NCBI GenBank assembly: GCA_964016885.1 | Contig: OZ024743.1 | Coordinates: forward strand, 71,424,001 to 71,488,000 | Direction: 5' to 3' | Source of the DNA: Eledone cirrhosa | Lineage: Eukaryota | DNA: 64,000 bases | Part shown: in pieces, positions 13,300-28,309 of the stretch | Numbering within the stretch: position 1 is the stretch's first letter | Layout of the letters: every line of letters starts with the position of its first letter | Made by a program: the position numbers and the translations under genes | Notes under the pieces: generated by a model | Told to the model about the DNA's origin: nothing | The model's input: the letters and a program-made list of their open reading frames with translations, nothing else | Database searches by the model: none

Positions 13300-14280
13300 G
13301 GGCGATGGATTGGCAGTATCAGTAAAGCGTCGGACAACATGTGTTATGGCATAAGGTTACGCCCCTTTACGATCTGAGTTCAAATCCCACCAAGGTTAAC
13401 TTAGCATTTCATCCTTACGGGGTCGATAAAATAAAGTACCAGTCATGCACTGGATCGATTTAATCGACTTTCCCCTCCTCCAAAATTGTTGGCCTTGTGC
13501 CTATATAAGAAATCATTATTACTATTAGGGCGGTGGATTGGCAGTATCGGTAGAGGGTCGGAGGCCATGCTTTCCAGCATAGTTACGTCCCTTTACGATC
13601 TGAGTTCAAATCCCGCCGAGGTTGACTTTGCCTTTCATCCTTTACGGGGTCGATAAAATAAAGTACCAGTAATGCACTGGGTAATTGCTGGCCTTGTGCC
13701 TAAAGTAGAAACAATTATTACTATTATTATGGTCTGAGTTCAAATCCCGCCGAGGTTAACTTTGTCTTTCATCCTTACGGGGTCGATAAAATAAAGTACC
13801 AGTAATACACTGTGCCTAAAGTAGAAACAATTATTACTATTATTATAGGTAGAATGATGGGGGATTGGCAGAATCGGTAGAGCGTCGGACACCCTGCTTT
13901 GCAGCATAGAGTTACGGCCATTTGCGGTCTGAGTTTCATTGTTATGAAGTCAATAAAATAAAGTACCAGTAATGCACTGGGGGCAATTTAATCAGAAACC
14001 TATATATATAACCAATGCCATTGTTGTTTCTCATCCTCTAATAATTACCCCTTCATCGTTAGATTACTTTGTAAGGGGTATAGCTTATTAATTAGCTTGA
14101 CAGTATCGGTAGAAGGTCGGACGCCATGTTTGCAGCTTAGAGTTACGCCCCTTTACGGTCTGAGTTCAAACCCTGCCAAGGTTAACTTTGCCTTTCATCC
14201 TTAGGGGATCGATAAAATAAAGTACCAGTAATACACTGGGATAATTGGTGGCCTTGTGCCAAAAGTAGAAACAATTAATT
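13300..14280 (+). mobile_element. Cluster of about 5 tandem tRNA-derived SINEs (Meta-domain-like core)
   Basis: Repeated ttggcagtatcggtagag (A box), gagttcaaatccc (B box), gcctttcatccttacggggtcgataaaataaagtaccagt core and (ATT)n tails. Confidence 0.85.
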
Positions 14281-14988
14281 AGCTCACGTGCTAGTCTTTC
14301 GAGATTTTAATCGTGGAGGCGCGTGATTTAGTTGTAAGGGTGTTGGACTTACGATCATAATGTCACGGGGTTGATTCCTGGGCTGAGCTGGTTATTGTGT
14401 TCTTTAGTAAAACACTTCATTTCACGTTTCTCCAGTTTACTCAGCTAGAAAAAAAAATGTGTACCAGCAATAGCTGGGGGTTTGACCCTGCGATGGACTG
14501 GCGTCCTCTCCAGGTAGGTGTCTTGTACTCTCAGTCACTTTACGCCACGAGACCAGGATAAGCACCGGCTTCACGTGTCTTCTGGCTTAAGCCAGATTTA
14601 TATTTCACTCACTCTTTCCACTCGTAATAATATGACGGATCGATTCAAACAAATATATACCTTCACCGCGCACACAAAATTAGATGTATGTCATCTATCC
14701 CACTATATATATATATATATATATTTTTTTTTTTTGAGTATATGTTGGTTGTATACCAACACCTCATATGATTCCAGTTCCTCAGTGAAATAACAACCCA
14801 ACCAGGAACTGGGAATATCAGAGTATTGACAAAGTTAAACACCTCAAAAACATGTGTACTCATCTCTACCACACTAATTCGGACTGCCTGAAGAGGTCAC
14901 AGCCAAAGATGGCTGTCACCTAAATATATATAGCAGTAATAAACGAAGCCAAATTTTAAATATTTGACTTATTTATTTTAGTTTATTT

Positions 14989-15047
<59 letters not shown>

Positions 15048-15102
15048 TTGACTTATTTATTTTAGTTTATTTTATTTTATTTTATTTTATTTTAGTTTAT
15101 TT

Positions 15103-15140
<38 letters not shown>

Positions 15141-15199
15141 GGTGTTGGATGCTTAAAGCGTCCGTATGCAGTAGGCCGTATGAGCACTCAATGTCCTCG

Positions 15200-15690
15200 T
15201 ATATATATATATATAAAGTTGTAGTTCCTGTCTGTTTGTTTGTTCACGAACTCCTTCTATGGTTTTGGAGATAAACCCCCATAACCATATATATTCTGAA
15301 ACTACATTACCCAGGGTACCTAATCAAAGGGTTCTCCGGGGGTACAAACCACCGCTGAAAATGTTTTCCCTTCGATTTATATGAAATTGAAACCATAGGT
15401 AAATGACAAGATATGATGCCTATTCACAAAAGTTTTGAATTGATATTTTGAAAATAATTATTTACAAGAAACAAAATAAGAATAAGATTTAATAATGTAA
15501 TTTTGATTTGATATATTACAAAAAATAATGTTTTCCAATTTTTCATGCATTACATTTTAAATTGAGTAATATTGAAATTCAGAGTTTTTCTCCATAAATT
15601 ATATCACTGATTTAAAATCAATCATCATTTTCTTACAACCCCCTCCCCAAGAATGTGTGAAACGCAGGAAGGCGCGGGTAATTCGCCTAG
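15200..15690 (+). mobile_element. Non-autonomous Helitron-like element
   Basis: Starts tatataaagttg...gtctgtttgtttgtt; ends with a GC-rich subterminal motif and CTAG|T. Confidence 0.55.
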
Positions 15691-16375
15691 TATATATATA
15701 TATATAACTGCAACAACAAAAGAAAAAAGAAAAGGATTTTGTTTTAGATGAATCACTGCTGAAGCTATTCGCTTCATATATTGTATCATTAATGATACTG
15801 TGGAAAAGCAAACCATAGTAATTCACCATTGACCTGTCCATAAAATATCTCAAACTTCCTGTTACTTTAGATAATTACAAGACCGTAGCCGGTCGAAACT
15901 AACTCACTGAATATATTTCCAGCAATTAAAATAGTTGGTAGTATTGCTGAACAACCAAAAGTAATGTTGTTCTTTTTCACAATTTTAATTTTGTCTTGCA
16001 ATTTATGACCTTTTAATATAGGCAAATGTTATGGACAGTCAGTTATATAGTTGGCATTTAATTGGGTTGTAAACGCAGTTAATAGAATGAGGAACCTGAA
16101 AACCCACATCTCTTACCATTGAGTAAATCTTATTAGATATATTTTCGCTGATTTCAATAAATATAATAATTTTAATGATCTGTAGTACTTTAGATTTTGT
16201 AGCAGAGTAAGAAGTTTATAGCTGCCAGCAGTTAGATAATATAAGATTATTATTATTTTTATTTCAATACATTCTGTAACATCATTAGCAATTCCATTTA
16301 TATTATTGTTTGAAAACTAAGATTATATTTATATATCAAGTGAGCAATGAAGTTTGTCATAATCATCCGTTTTCC

Positions 16376-16685
16376 TTGGGTCGGATTTAATGGGGTGCAA
16401 AAGGGGCAATTGCCTCTGGCCCCACTGCAGTGTGTGGGTGGGGAGGAGGCACCACCGACGTTCGTAGCAATTTATTTGTGCTCGCGGCTGGGTTTCTTAG
16501 TTTTAGAATCTTTGAATTTAATACTTGTATGTATAACTTCAAATTACTTGCGCCAAGCTAACTTTGATATGTAAAATTGGGGCGGGTGTGTGTGCTGTGT
16601 ATTCTAATTGTTGGTGTATGAGAGGCCCTCCTAAAAAAAAAAAGCTTTAGGTGCCCCGGCCCCCCAAGGACTAAATCTAACCCTG
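16376..16685. mobile_element. Decayed hAT-like MITE
   Basis: Imperfect TIR gggtcggattta / taaatctaaccctg with GC-rich subterminal motifs. Confidence 0.55.
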
Positions 16686-18424
16686 TACGTATGTGGTATA
16701 CAGCTTCACCAAAGAATAAATATCAAACAGGAATTTTGTTTTCAGCAATATAAACTGTTGTTATCGTTTTTAAAGCTTTCACTTATATCTTAACTATACT
16801 AGAGAAAGCAGTGCGGGACTGCATCCAGAATATAATTTTTTATCCCGTTTGTAAAATAAGTTGGATTACTTTGAATAAATAATGAATGAATATTACATAA
16901 TTTATCTGTTAAATTTCGTAGCTTTTGATTATTTTATTGCTTATTTAAAGATTCGCCTCTTTAAAATGTTCAAATGTCTACACTTCCGGTTACCGATCGC
17001 TTAAATAAACATTCATATATTTCCGTCACTAATTTTCTCCTAATGCAGTTTATATATAATATCGACTTTTTTTTTATGTATCGTGGATTACGTTACTGAT
17101 TACATAAGACAGTGTAACGCAGTCTTCGTTCAATTTCTGTGTATATTGTCAATTGCGATTTTATTTTATATATCATATCTACATGCATATATACTTGCGT
17201 ATAATATCAATATACACACTACACATGCTAGCAGAAAACCACTCGAAGGGTGATTTTTCTGCTAGTAGATTTAATGATAGCGTTTTAGTGATAGGGCCTC
17301 AGTCATCTTGTGAAAAGCACTGTGAAAGGAGGTGTCTCTTGCTCAGCAGCAGAATGTGCCAGCCGGTCGAAGAATCTAACTTCCAACTTTATGATCATTA
17401 GCCAAATAGCCCACCCACTAGGCTACATACCTTCAGAAGAAAACTTAGTTAAAACAAATGTTTAGATTTATTTCCAATATCACTCTGTTTGCCTGAGGCT
17501 GTTGGTAGGTTCGTTACTTGATTGTAAATTAGTGTTGAATCTAAATTATCATTTATTATCTATTATCTCAGTGGTGTTGATTGTGGTATAATCAAGGTAG
17601 ACTAAAAAAAAAACTGTACAAATCTGGCTAAGTAAGCTAGATGGCGTTGGTGTTTCTTGATAGAGACAACAGCAAGTGCAAGGAGGATTGGTTTGTAACG
17701 AAGTAAATTCATAAAACCACTCTGGTATTGAGGATAATGTGGAACATCGTAGAGAAATAAACACATCATTCATTAATGGAAAAGAGGCATAATAAAGGTA
17801 AAAAAAAGAAGAAAAACTGTGTTAGTTTGATGAGACAATACAGTTAAAGAATGCAATGAAATTTAAAATCTCTATGGAGGAAACATTATAACAGAAAAGA
17901 AAACAAACGAGAGTAAAACATAATATGAAATTCTTCTGGAACAATCTTCTAAAGTTGGATTTATTTTGGCTATTTCATGAATAAGATGCGACCTTAGGCT
18001 AAAGCTGAGTTTTTGGTATTCAAGAGGAAAACATAGTCTTAGAAGATAATGAATTTAATGCGAACACTTGATGGAAGCAATGTCGTTCTAGGAGACATAG
18101 CCAAAGGCTGACTTTGTACTAACATTTGTATGAAAAGATGATTGTCATGAATGAAAACAGAGGTATTGATTGGGATCGATTGTTACGAAGACTGAGGAAA
18201 AGACGTCGGAATGCCAACAGGAAGCAGGTTATCTTTATGCGAGAATTTGATATTCCTGCTTCAACCTATTTGAACATATGGAGGTTATATAGTGCTCCCG
18301 CTGTTTACAGCCTTCAACCATGCCCCATTCTACAATCAGTTGACTGTTAAATGGAATAGTACATTAAGAACTAGTTTTTGTTTTGTCATAGAAAACATTG
18401 CAATGTTAGTGACGATACTTGTAG

Positions 18425-18885
18425 AAACTTCGATCAAGTCATTGATTAAGTAACCATCTGGAACTTTGCTTAGATGATTGACTCCTTTATGATCTGGAGA
18501 TCGATCAGATCAATGACTCCCTAATGATCTACAGCTTTGATCAGATGATTGACTCCCTTCTGGATCTTCAGTCAGAAAACATAACTGACTCCCTAACTAT
18601 TTGTAGCTTCGATCAGATGATTGACTCCTTAATGATCAGCATCTTCGATTAGGTGATTGATTCAGAAACGATCTGCAGTTTCGATCAGATCATTGACTCC
18701 CTAATGATCTGCAGCTACGATCAAATCACTGACTCCATAATGATCAGCAGTTTCGATCAGATCATTGATTCACTAATGATCTACAACTTCGACCAAATCA
18801 CTGATCCCTAATGACCAGCAGTTTCGATCAAATCACTGACTCCCTAATGATCTGCAGATTCGATCAGAACATTGACGCTGAAACG
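18425..18885. repeat. 36 bp minisatellite
   Basis: Unit approx. ttcgatcagatcattgactccctaatgatctgcagc, about 12 copies. Confidence 0.9.
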
Positions 18886-19137
18886 ATTTGGAACTATTTT
18901 TTTCTTTCACTTTATTTCCCGCTTCTCTGCATATGTTAATATATGATATTTGGAATGTGATCGCTGCCATGCAAGTGACCATAATAATAATTTCGTTATC
19001 CTCTAAAATTCTCGGTTAGCATAACATAATTGAACGATTCCTTGCAGGCGGCTCTCTCCTATTTATTCGCTACCAGAGGTACTTTACACGATCTTTTTAA
19101 CTATCATTTATAATAATCGACTATTATTAAAGTCATA

Positions 19138-19330
19138 TGCGGTGGATTGGCAGTATCAGTAGAGGGTCAGACGCCATGCTTTGCAGCATAGAGGTATGCC
19201 CTTTTACGGTCTGAGTTCAAATCCTGCCGAGGTTTACTTTGCCTTTCATCCTTACAGTGTCGATAAAATATAGTACCAGTAATACACTGGGATAATTGCT
19301 GGCCTTGTGCCAAAAGTAGAAACAATTATT
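19138..19330 (+). mobile_element. tRNA-derived SINE with about 17 bp target-site duplication
   Basis: Flanked by attattaaagtcatatg / attattaaagtcatgtg. Confidence 0.85.
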
Positions 19331-19725
19331 AAAGTCATGTGCGTTGGAATGACTAGATTTCAATTTTGTCTCCAATACTTCTTAAGTCAACCGATTGTTT
19401 TAACGTCTAGCTACTGGCTTAAAATAAATCTTCTAAAAAGACGGTATTAGTGAATAACGGCTCTTTACGGAAGTGGTAAAATTAGTCACTCGGCGAAGCG
19501 GGGTTCGAATCCTGGCAGATGTCTGTCTTTGGAGGGGGTGGTTCGATTTCTGGCAGATGCCTGTCTTGGGAGGGGGTGTCGTGTAAGAAAAGAGGTAAAA
19601 CAAAACTTCAGAGATACATGTATTCCAATGTTGTTTGTCCTCGTTTAGAACGAAAGTTTATCACACGTAAAAATAGATTGAGTAGACATTAGCTTTGACT
19701 GTGTCTACCTTGTGTTGCTCACTCA

Positions 19726-19797
<72 letters not shown>

Positions 19798-20040
19798 GCA
19801 TGCATAGCTACATACAAGTATACATATATACGCAAACACACAGGTACATATATATATATATATATACACATGCACGTATATCAGAATGAACTGTCAAATA
19901 CACACACAAACACACACATATGCATGCATAGCTACATACAAATATACATATATACGCAAACAGACAGGTATATATATACACACACACACACACACACATA
20001 CACATGTATATCAGAATGAACTGTCAAATACGCACACAGG

Positions 20041-20080
<40 letters not shown>

Positions 20081-20223
20081 CATGTATATTTATATATATT
20101 TATATACACACAGGTATATTTATACTCACACACATCACAACGGACTGTCATATTTAATTTGATGCTCAGATGAGCTTAGTGCGATTTATATTTGATATAT
20201 TTTTCTTCAACTAAAAAACATGG

Positions 20224-20283
<60 letters not shown>

Positions 20284-20393
20284 CGCGTGGGGAGCGTCTG
20301 TCAGTTTGTTTGCTTACCAATTCATCTGATTATGCATAAATATGTTCGGTACAATATCCATGTATATATATATATATACATTGAGAGAGAGAA

Positions 20394-20455
<62 letters not shown>

Positions 20456-21319
20456 GGAGAGAGAGAGAGAGAGAGAGAGGAGAATATGAAAGTTTTATAA
20501 ACCGTTTATATATAATTAACATAGAGCAATCTCGCTGTGGATATCCTAAGCAGTGATCACTTCCGTGATCATTTGGAAATGTTTAACCCTAGTATTTCAG
20601 GTCCCTTATTTATCTTCAGTGAGTTTTATTTACTCAGTTCTGGGGTAAAATAACTTATAAGAGCATTTTGGAAATAATACATGTATGGAAATGCTCAATT
20701 ACATAGAGTGCGTGTTTGAAGCTTCAGTATTTGACAGGCTAATATTCTCGGCCAGTTATACTAACACAGGGGACGAATTAGCAGAGTCGTTAGAACGTCA
20801 GCTAAAATGCTTTGCTGTATTCGTTTCGGCTCTCTGCTCTCTGAGTTCAAATCCAGCCTAGGTCAACTTTGTCTTTCATCCATTCAATATCGATAAAAAA
20901 GTACCGAGGTCGATTCTTCCTCTATCTCTCTTTCTTACTTCCATTCTCTCACTCCCTCTCTTTTTCTGGAAGATATCTGCTGTATTCAGACATGGAGAAG
21001 AGATGGGTTCCGTCAGGCTTAAAAGAAAAACGACAAAATGTGCTAGAAATTCCGTATGTCAATACGGCACCCCTACGACTCCCACAGGAGTTGTTTGTCT
21101 AAGGAAAGACAACGTGATTCACAATTGAGGCATATAAAACATGTTTATGTATAATATATATATATACATAAGTCTCCTGAAGACCATCCACAGTATTATT
21201 AGATGGCTTGGAATGAATTTTCTCTGAGTATTTGTTTGTTTTCAACCTCCGTCCAATCCCTTTACACGTTGTCCTTATATTCTGTACAAAACTGTTTTAA
21301 AATTGCATTAATGTTGCCA

Positions 21320-21770
21320 CTCTGAGACAAGGGATTCTATCCGTTTATCTGAACGCTTTGCTTCCCCGTGCTCCAATGTCTGGCAACTGACTTGGTAAAC
21401 ACCCACAAGATTATCAGCCCTGAGCACTCTTTTGAATGCAATATGCCTAACACAATTGGACATGCTTACAAAATCAGAAAACAGTACAGCTCCCATGGCT
21501 TTCAGAAACAATTTTTACACTCAGATTTGCTGAAGCATGGAACAAACTACCTGCATCAGTTGTTAGCTGTCGGGATACTGCATCCCTCAAAACATCCATG
21601 CTTCCCGAAAATCGTCAACACTACACCTGATATTCCTATTCGATACACACGTACACATGTATGTGAATCTGTGTGTATATCATGACTCATACACTGTTCA
21701 CTTTTCTGATATGTGTACAATATTCTCTGTACTATACATGTACCTTTGATTAGGTGTAGTGCACCACAAC
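21320..21770 (+). mobile_element. CR1-clade LINE 3' fragment
   Basis: Remnant reads TDLVNTHKII...NTIGHAYKIRKQ, then WNKLPASVV in another frame; typical CR1 ORF2 C-terminus. Confidence 0.65.
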
Positions 21771-21794
21771 ACTGTTCACAATAATTTTCATTAT

Positions 21795-21982
21795 TTGGAT
21801 TGGCAGTATCGGTAGAGGGTCGGATGCCATGCTTTGCAGCAAAGAGTTACGGCCCTTTATGATCTGAGTTCAAATCCCGCCGAGATTAACTTTGCTTTTC
21901 ATCCTTACGGTGTCGATAAAATAAAGTACCAGTAATGCACTGGGTAATTGCTAGCCTTGTGCCAAAAGTAGAAAATTATTAT
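21795..21982 (+). mobile_element. tRNA-derived SINE
   Basis: Same family; ends about 95 nt upstream of the 22077 exon. Confidence 0.85.
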
Positions 21983-22076
21983 TTTATCATAGTCCATATT
22001 TATCGACTTGTGTGGCTTTTCAGTAACGCTGATTACGGTCAATTTCTACAATAGATGTTTATGTTTATATTTTCAG

Positions 22077-22322
22077 TGATTGATACATTGGAAACAGAAA
22101 AAATTCGAGCAGTTCTGGGAATTTTCAACCCAGTGATGGCTAAGGCGACACATCATTTGAATATACCTTATTTTGTGACATCTTTGGCAGTCTCAGATCG
22201 TGCAAAGGAACATAATTTGATTCGTCTGTTTCCAGGAATTTCTACATTCTTCAGAGCCATCAAGGATATGCTGGATTACCGAGATAAAAAGCGGATTGCT
22301 ATAATCTACAATAGCCTTGAAG
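22077..22322 (+). CDS. Internal coding exon, iGluR (kainate/AMPA-like) amino-terminal (ANF-receptor/LIVBP-like) domain
   Basis: Acceptor tatttttcAG| at 22076 and donor G|GTCAGT at 22323. Translation VIDTLETEKIRAVLGIFNPVMAKATHHLNIPYFVTSLAVSDRAKEHNLIRLFPGISTFFRAIKDMLDYRDKKRIAIIYNSLEG follows the iGluR ATD pattern (AxxG, LxIPx, IxLxP...RAIxD, IYxxxxG), recognised by eye. Confidence 0.8.
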
Positions 22323-22494
22323 GTCAGTTGGAAAATTAAAAACAATTATTTTAATTTGCCAGTTGGAAAATTAAAAACAATTATTTTAATTTGCCATAAT
22401 TTTATATTATTGTTCTCTTTTGCTGTTGATTGCTTCTCTGACAAATTATCTTTGTAATATCGCCTTAACCTTTTACAATTGACGATCATTCCAC

Positions 22495-23330
22495 AGTATG
22501 TCTATATTTGATTGTGTATTCTACATGTATGTATATGTGTGTGGTTGTATATGTGGATGTTTCTGTTCACTTATGTATATGTGGTTGTTTGTGTACTGTA
22601 CACATGTGTGTGTATGTTGTTGCTTGTGTACTGTACCCATGTGTGTATGTTGTTGCTTGTGTACTGTACACATGTGTGTATGTGTGTATGTTGTTGCTTG
22701 TGTACTGTAAACATATGTGTATGTATGTATGTTGTTGCTTGTGTACTGTACACATATGTGTATATGTATGTGTGTATGTGATTGCTTGTGTTGCCTACTT
22801 GTGTATATGTGGTTATTTGTATACTGTCCACAGTATGTGTGTATTTGATTGTGTATTGTACACTTATGTATATGTGTATATGTAGTTGTTTGTGTACTGT
22901 ACACTAATGTATATATGTATATATATATATATATATATGTGTGTGGTTGCTAGTGTACTGTACTCGTAAAAATATGTATATATATGGCTGTTTGAGTACT
23001 GTATATTTATGTATATGTGTGTGTATCTGTGGTTGTGTGTGTACTGAACACTTATTTGTGTGTATGTTTGTGTACTGAACACTTATGTGTGTGTATGTGT
23101 GGTTGTTTGTGTACTGAACACTTATGTGTGTGTATATGTGGGTGTTTATCTATTATCCACATGTATATATGTGCATATGAGCTTGTTAGTGTACTGTCCA
23201 CGTGTATATATGTGTCTGTTTGAGTTCTGTACAGATATATGTATATGTGGGTGTTTATGTATTGTCCACATGTATATATATGTGTCTGTTTGAGTTCTGT
23301 ACAGATATATGTATATGTATATGCGCTCAC
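22495..23330. repeat. Degenerate ~40 bp minisatellite
   Basis: Unit approx. gtatatgtggttgtttgtgtactgtacacat; also present at 25790-26280 and 26960-27180. Confidence 0.85.
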
Positions 23331-23933
23331 AAACTTGCAATGAATAGCAATAAACATCCATAAATTGTTTGTCTACTTTTTCTTCTTACAATTGTTGCTA
23401 ATGCAGCTATTGTTATTAATATTGTTAATCTTTCTTGATTATTGAAGAAATTATATATTTAAATTGTTATATAAAATCTATCATATAATTCAAATTATAT
23501 TCTCTTTGTCTATATACATACAGTGAAGTAGAGAGTGATATCAAGAGGAGTGTGTCTGCAAAGCTAAAGAAACAATGTTTGATGAAATAAATATATTTAT
23601 GGCTGTCAGCAAATAGAGAACATTTTTAAATCGTTAAAATCTTCGAAATATCCACCTTTGATGTGGGTGTTTTTAAAGAATCTAGGCACATACCAGTAGA
23701 ATATTGACAGAATTAATTGATAAGCTATAGATATACACTTTTCTAAATAGACATCATTTATGACCACTGGTTCTTTAGCGTAGGGGTTAATGCACTTGCC
23801 CGGGATCTGAGAGATACGGCTTCGATTCATAGCAGGCGCCTATGCCCACGTTTTTCATTACCAGGGTCACTGTACCTGATTTTCTCAGCTTTTATTCATA
23901 TTGATCGACTAATATTATTATTATAATTATTAA

Positions 23934-24177
23934 GGGCGGTGAATTGGCAGTATCGGTAGAGGTTCGGACGCCATGCTTTGCAGCATAGAGTTACGGCCCT
24001 TTATGATCTGAGTTCAAATCCGGCCGAGGTTAACTTTGCCTTTCATCCTTACGGGGTCGATAAAATAAAGTACCAGTAATACACTGGCTAATTGCTGGCC
24101 TTGTGACTAACGTAGAAACAATTATTATACCTGTAATGCACTGGTTAATTGCTGGCCTTGTGCCTAAAGTAGAAACA

Positions 24178-24248
<71 letters not shown>

Positions 24249-24333
24249 GAGCGGTGGCTTGGCAGTATCGGTAGAGGGTCGGACGCCATGCTTTGCAGCA
24301 AAGAGTTACGGCCCTTTATGGTTTGAGTTCAAA
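23934..24333 (+). mobile_element. SINE, duplicated tail, (ATT)n and a second SINE head
   Basis: Full copy 23934-24125; head-only copy 24249-24333. Confidence 0.8.
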
Positions 24334-24540
24334 TGGAAACTTCTGGTGTCCTCGGCCCCAGGGCAACCTCCTTACTCACCACCGTAGGCGCTGAGCTGGC
24401 TAGCCGTAGGTGTGAGCCCCGCGAGTTGGAGTGGCTTTTCCAGCGCGTCTCCCTTGCCGTCGTCCGGCGAAACGCCTCCTCCATTCTGTCCGCCGGGGCT
24501 GTGAGTCGGCCCCATCGCGTACCAATACATTAGTTAAATA
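24334..24540 (+). mobile_element. 3' fragment of the CRE-clade element, fused to a SINE head
   Basis: ETSGVLGPRATSLLTTVGAELASRRCEPRELEWLFQRVSLAVVRRNASSIL. Confidence 0.7.
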
Positions 24541-24611
24541 CCATTCTTTCATCTGATACAACACAATAAAGTCTGTATATATTAAATAATTGCTACAAAT
24601 ATACACAAATC

Positions 24612-24660
<49 letters not shown>

Positions 24661-24731
24661 CATACATACATAATAGCTTGCTATCGAAGTAGTATAAACT
24701 TAATCGCGGATCAGAGAATCATTATAATACG

Positions 24732-25800
<1,069 letters not shown>

Positions 25801-26295
25801 ACAGTACAAATACAAACACATATACACATGTGGAAAGTACACAAACAACCATATATAAATAGCTACGCATGCACGTATGCATATATATAAACATATACTG
25901 TACAGTATATAAACAATCACATATACACATATACAGATATACATGGGTGTACAGTACACAAACAACCACATATACATATATACAAAAGTGGTTAGAAGAA
26001 AAACAACCATATGTATATATATATATATAAATATATATGTATATATATATAAATATATATGTATATATATATATATATATTATATGGTGGTTTGTGTGCT
26101 GAATACTTCATGTGTGTATGTGTTTATGTGGTTGAGTGTACACTGTCCCCTTATATATATATATATATATATAAGGGGACAGTGCACATTCAATCACATA
26201 AACACATACATATATATAGTCCACATGTGTATATATGTATATGTGGTTGTCTGTGTACTGTACACACACACACACACACATACACACACACACAC

Positions 26296-26326
<31 letters not shown>

Positions 26327-26336
26327 TACTGATTTT

Positions 26337-26945
26337 GGACTAATTTTATAATATGTAACCCATGTGCAAACATGCGGTATTCCTCTTTATTCCCATGTTT
26401 TTCATACATATTTACCTCGACTGCGATTATCTGTTTCTCTGTTTCTCTCTTACTACTCCCCCGTTCTCTTTGTTTCTCTCACCTTCTTTCGCCCCCTCTG
26501 TCAGTTACACTTTCTCTCGACTGACCTCTTCCTCGCACTTCCACTCACTCACTCTCTGTTTCTCCCCTTCTCACTTCCTGCCGTTCGTTAGTAGTGGGGT
26601 TCTTTCTTTCTCACATCTCATTCACAGCAGACGGTCTGTTTTCTGACCGCTCATGAAATTCACCCAGCTTATGCTGACCGGATAACTATCATGTTGCTTG
26701 CTGTTTTCCTACCTTCGGTTTGCTTTTCCTTCTATATTGTTTACTTGTCTCACTCGCTTTACGCGATTCACTTGTCCCAATAGCTTTTTTTAGTTATTGC
26801 TCGCACCAACCTGAGGTATCTGATTTTTAATGCGATGAAATACCAATGATGGTTGGCAAATCACTGATGAGGGACTAATTTTATAATATGTAACCCATGT
26901 GCAACCACGCAGTATTCCTCTTTCTTCCCATGTTTTTCATATATA
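26337..26945 (+). mobile_element. Penelope-like partial tandem remnant
   Basis: About 70 bp direct repeat (26337 and 26872) preceded by CTGATGAG at 26864; (TA)n on both sides. Confidence 0.45.
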
Positions 26946-27399
26946 TATATATATATATATATTTGTCGGTTTTTATGTATTGTCCACATATGTATATATG
27001 TATATGTGGTTGTATATGTACTGTACACACACACATATATATATATATATAATATATATATGTGGGTTTTTATGTATTGTTCACATATATATATATGTAT
27101 ATGTGGTTGTATGTGTACTGTACAAACACATATATATGTATATGTGGGTATTTATGTATTGTCCACGTGTGTATATATGCGCTCAAAATTTTGAAATGAT
27201 TAGCAATGAAAATTCATAAACTTTCTCTTAGTTGTCTGAATTATTTGAAAAAAACAAAGCTAATGACATAATATGTTATAGAAATCTTATGCAATGAATG
27301 TTTTGTGTTGCGTATTCAGTGATATATTGTGAAGAAAATGACATTTTAACTAACTGAATATACAATGGAATTGTCTACAAGACAAAACGGCGTTCATAC

Positions 27400-27483
<84 letters not shown>

Positions 27484-28309
27484 GTCTGTGTGTGTGTATG
27501 TATGGATCTAATGCTTGTATATGTATGCAGACACACACAAAGACATATATATATATATATATATATTTATACACACAAACAGAGAAATATATATATATAT
27601 ATATATACGCACATATATATATATACTTATACATATATACAGTATATATATAGAAACACACATACCCAAACACACATCTATATATTCATATGTAAATGCA
27701 CACACATACACACAGATAGACAGACACACACATACACATACAGACATAGCTGTTAATAGAAATAGAATAAATAACAAGAAAGGTAACTGAGAGATGTAAA
27801 TAAATATAGTGAATACTTAATGTTTTGCTTTTGTTCGTGTGAACTCCTTGTAGTATATATTATTGGTAGAAGTGTTTTCTGAATCTAGAAACATCGTTTC
27901 TGCTGCATTGTTTTGCCATGTTTCATTGGAATCACCTTCTCAAATATATTATCTTGTATCATCTATTGTATACTAACATAGTATTCTGTATAATTTCAAT
28001 TCTCAGGACAAATTATTTGTTTTTTCTTTTTCTACATATTAGTAAATATGAATAGATATAGAAGTAACTGCTATTCATTTCCTACAGACATTACATTTGA
28101 ATTCCATCATCATTATAATAAATAATACAATTGTGTATATATGTTTGTCTTTCATTTTCAATAGTTATTAGTCTAGTTTTAAACATTGTTTATTGTTTTG
28201 AAAATAAGTGAAACGTTTTTATATCAAAGATTAAGGTAGTTGAATAAGAAATAACTGTTTCCCAGAGGAAATGTTGCTCTCCCCAAAACATAAGCAGGTG
28301 ATTGAGACT

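Noticed and set aside
18425-18885. CRISPR-like periodic array
   Set aside because: Contiguous tandem units with no unique spacers, in eukaryotic DNA.
23768-23850. tRNA-like sequence (also near 19455-19520 and 32945-33020)
   Set aside because: A/B-box remnants without a full cloverleaf; SINE heads rather than tRNA genes.
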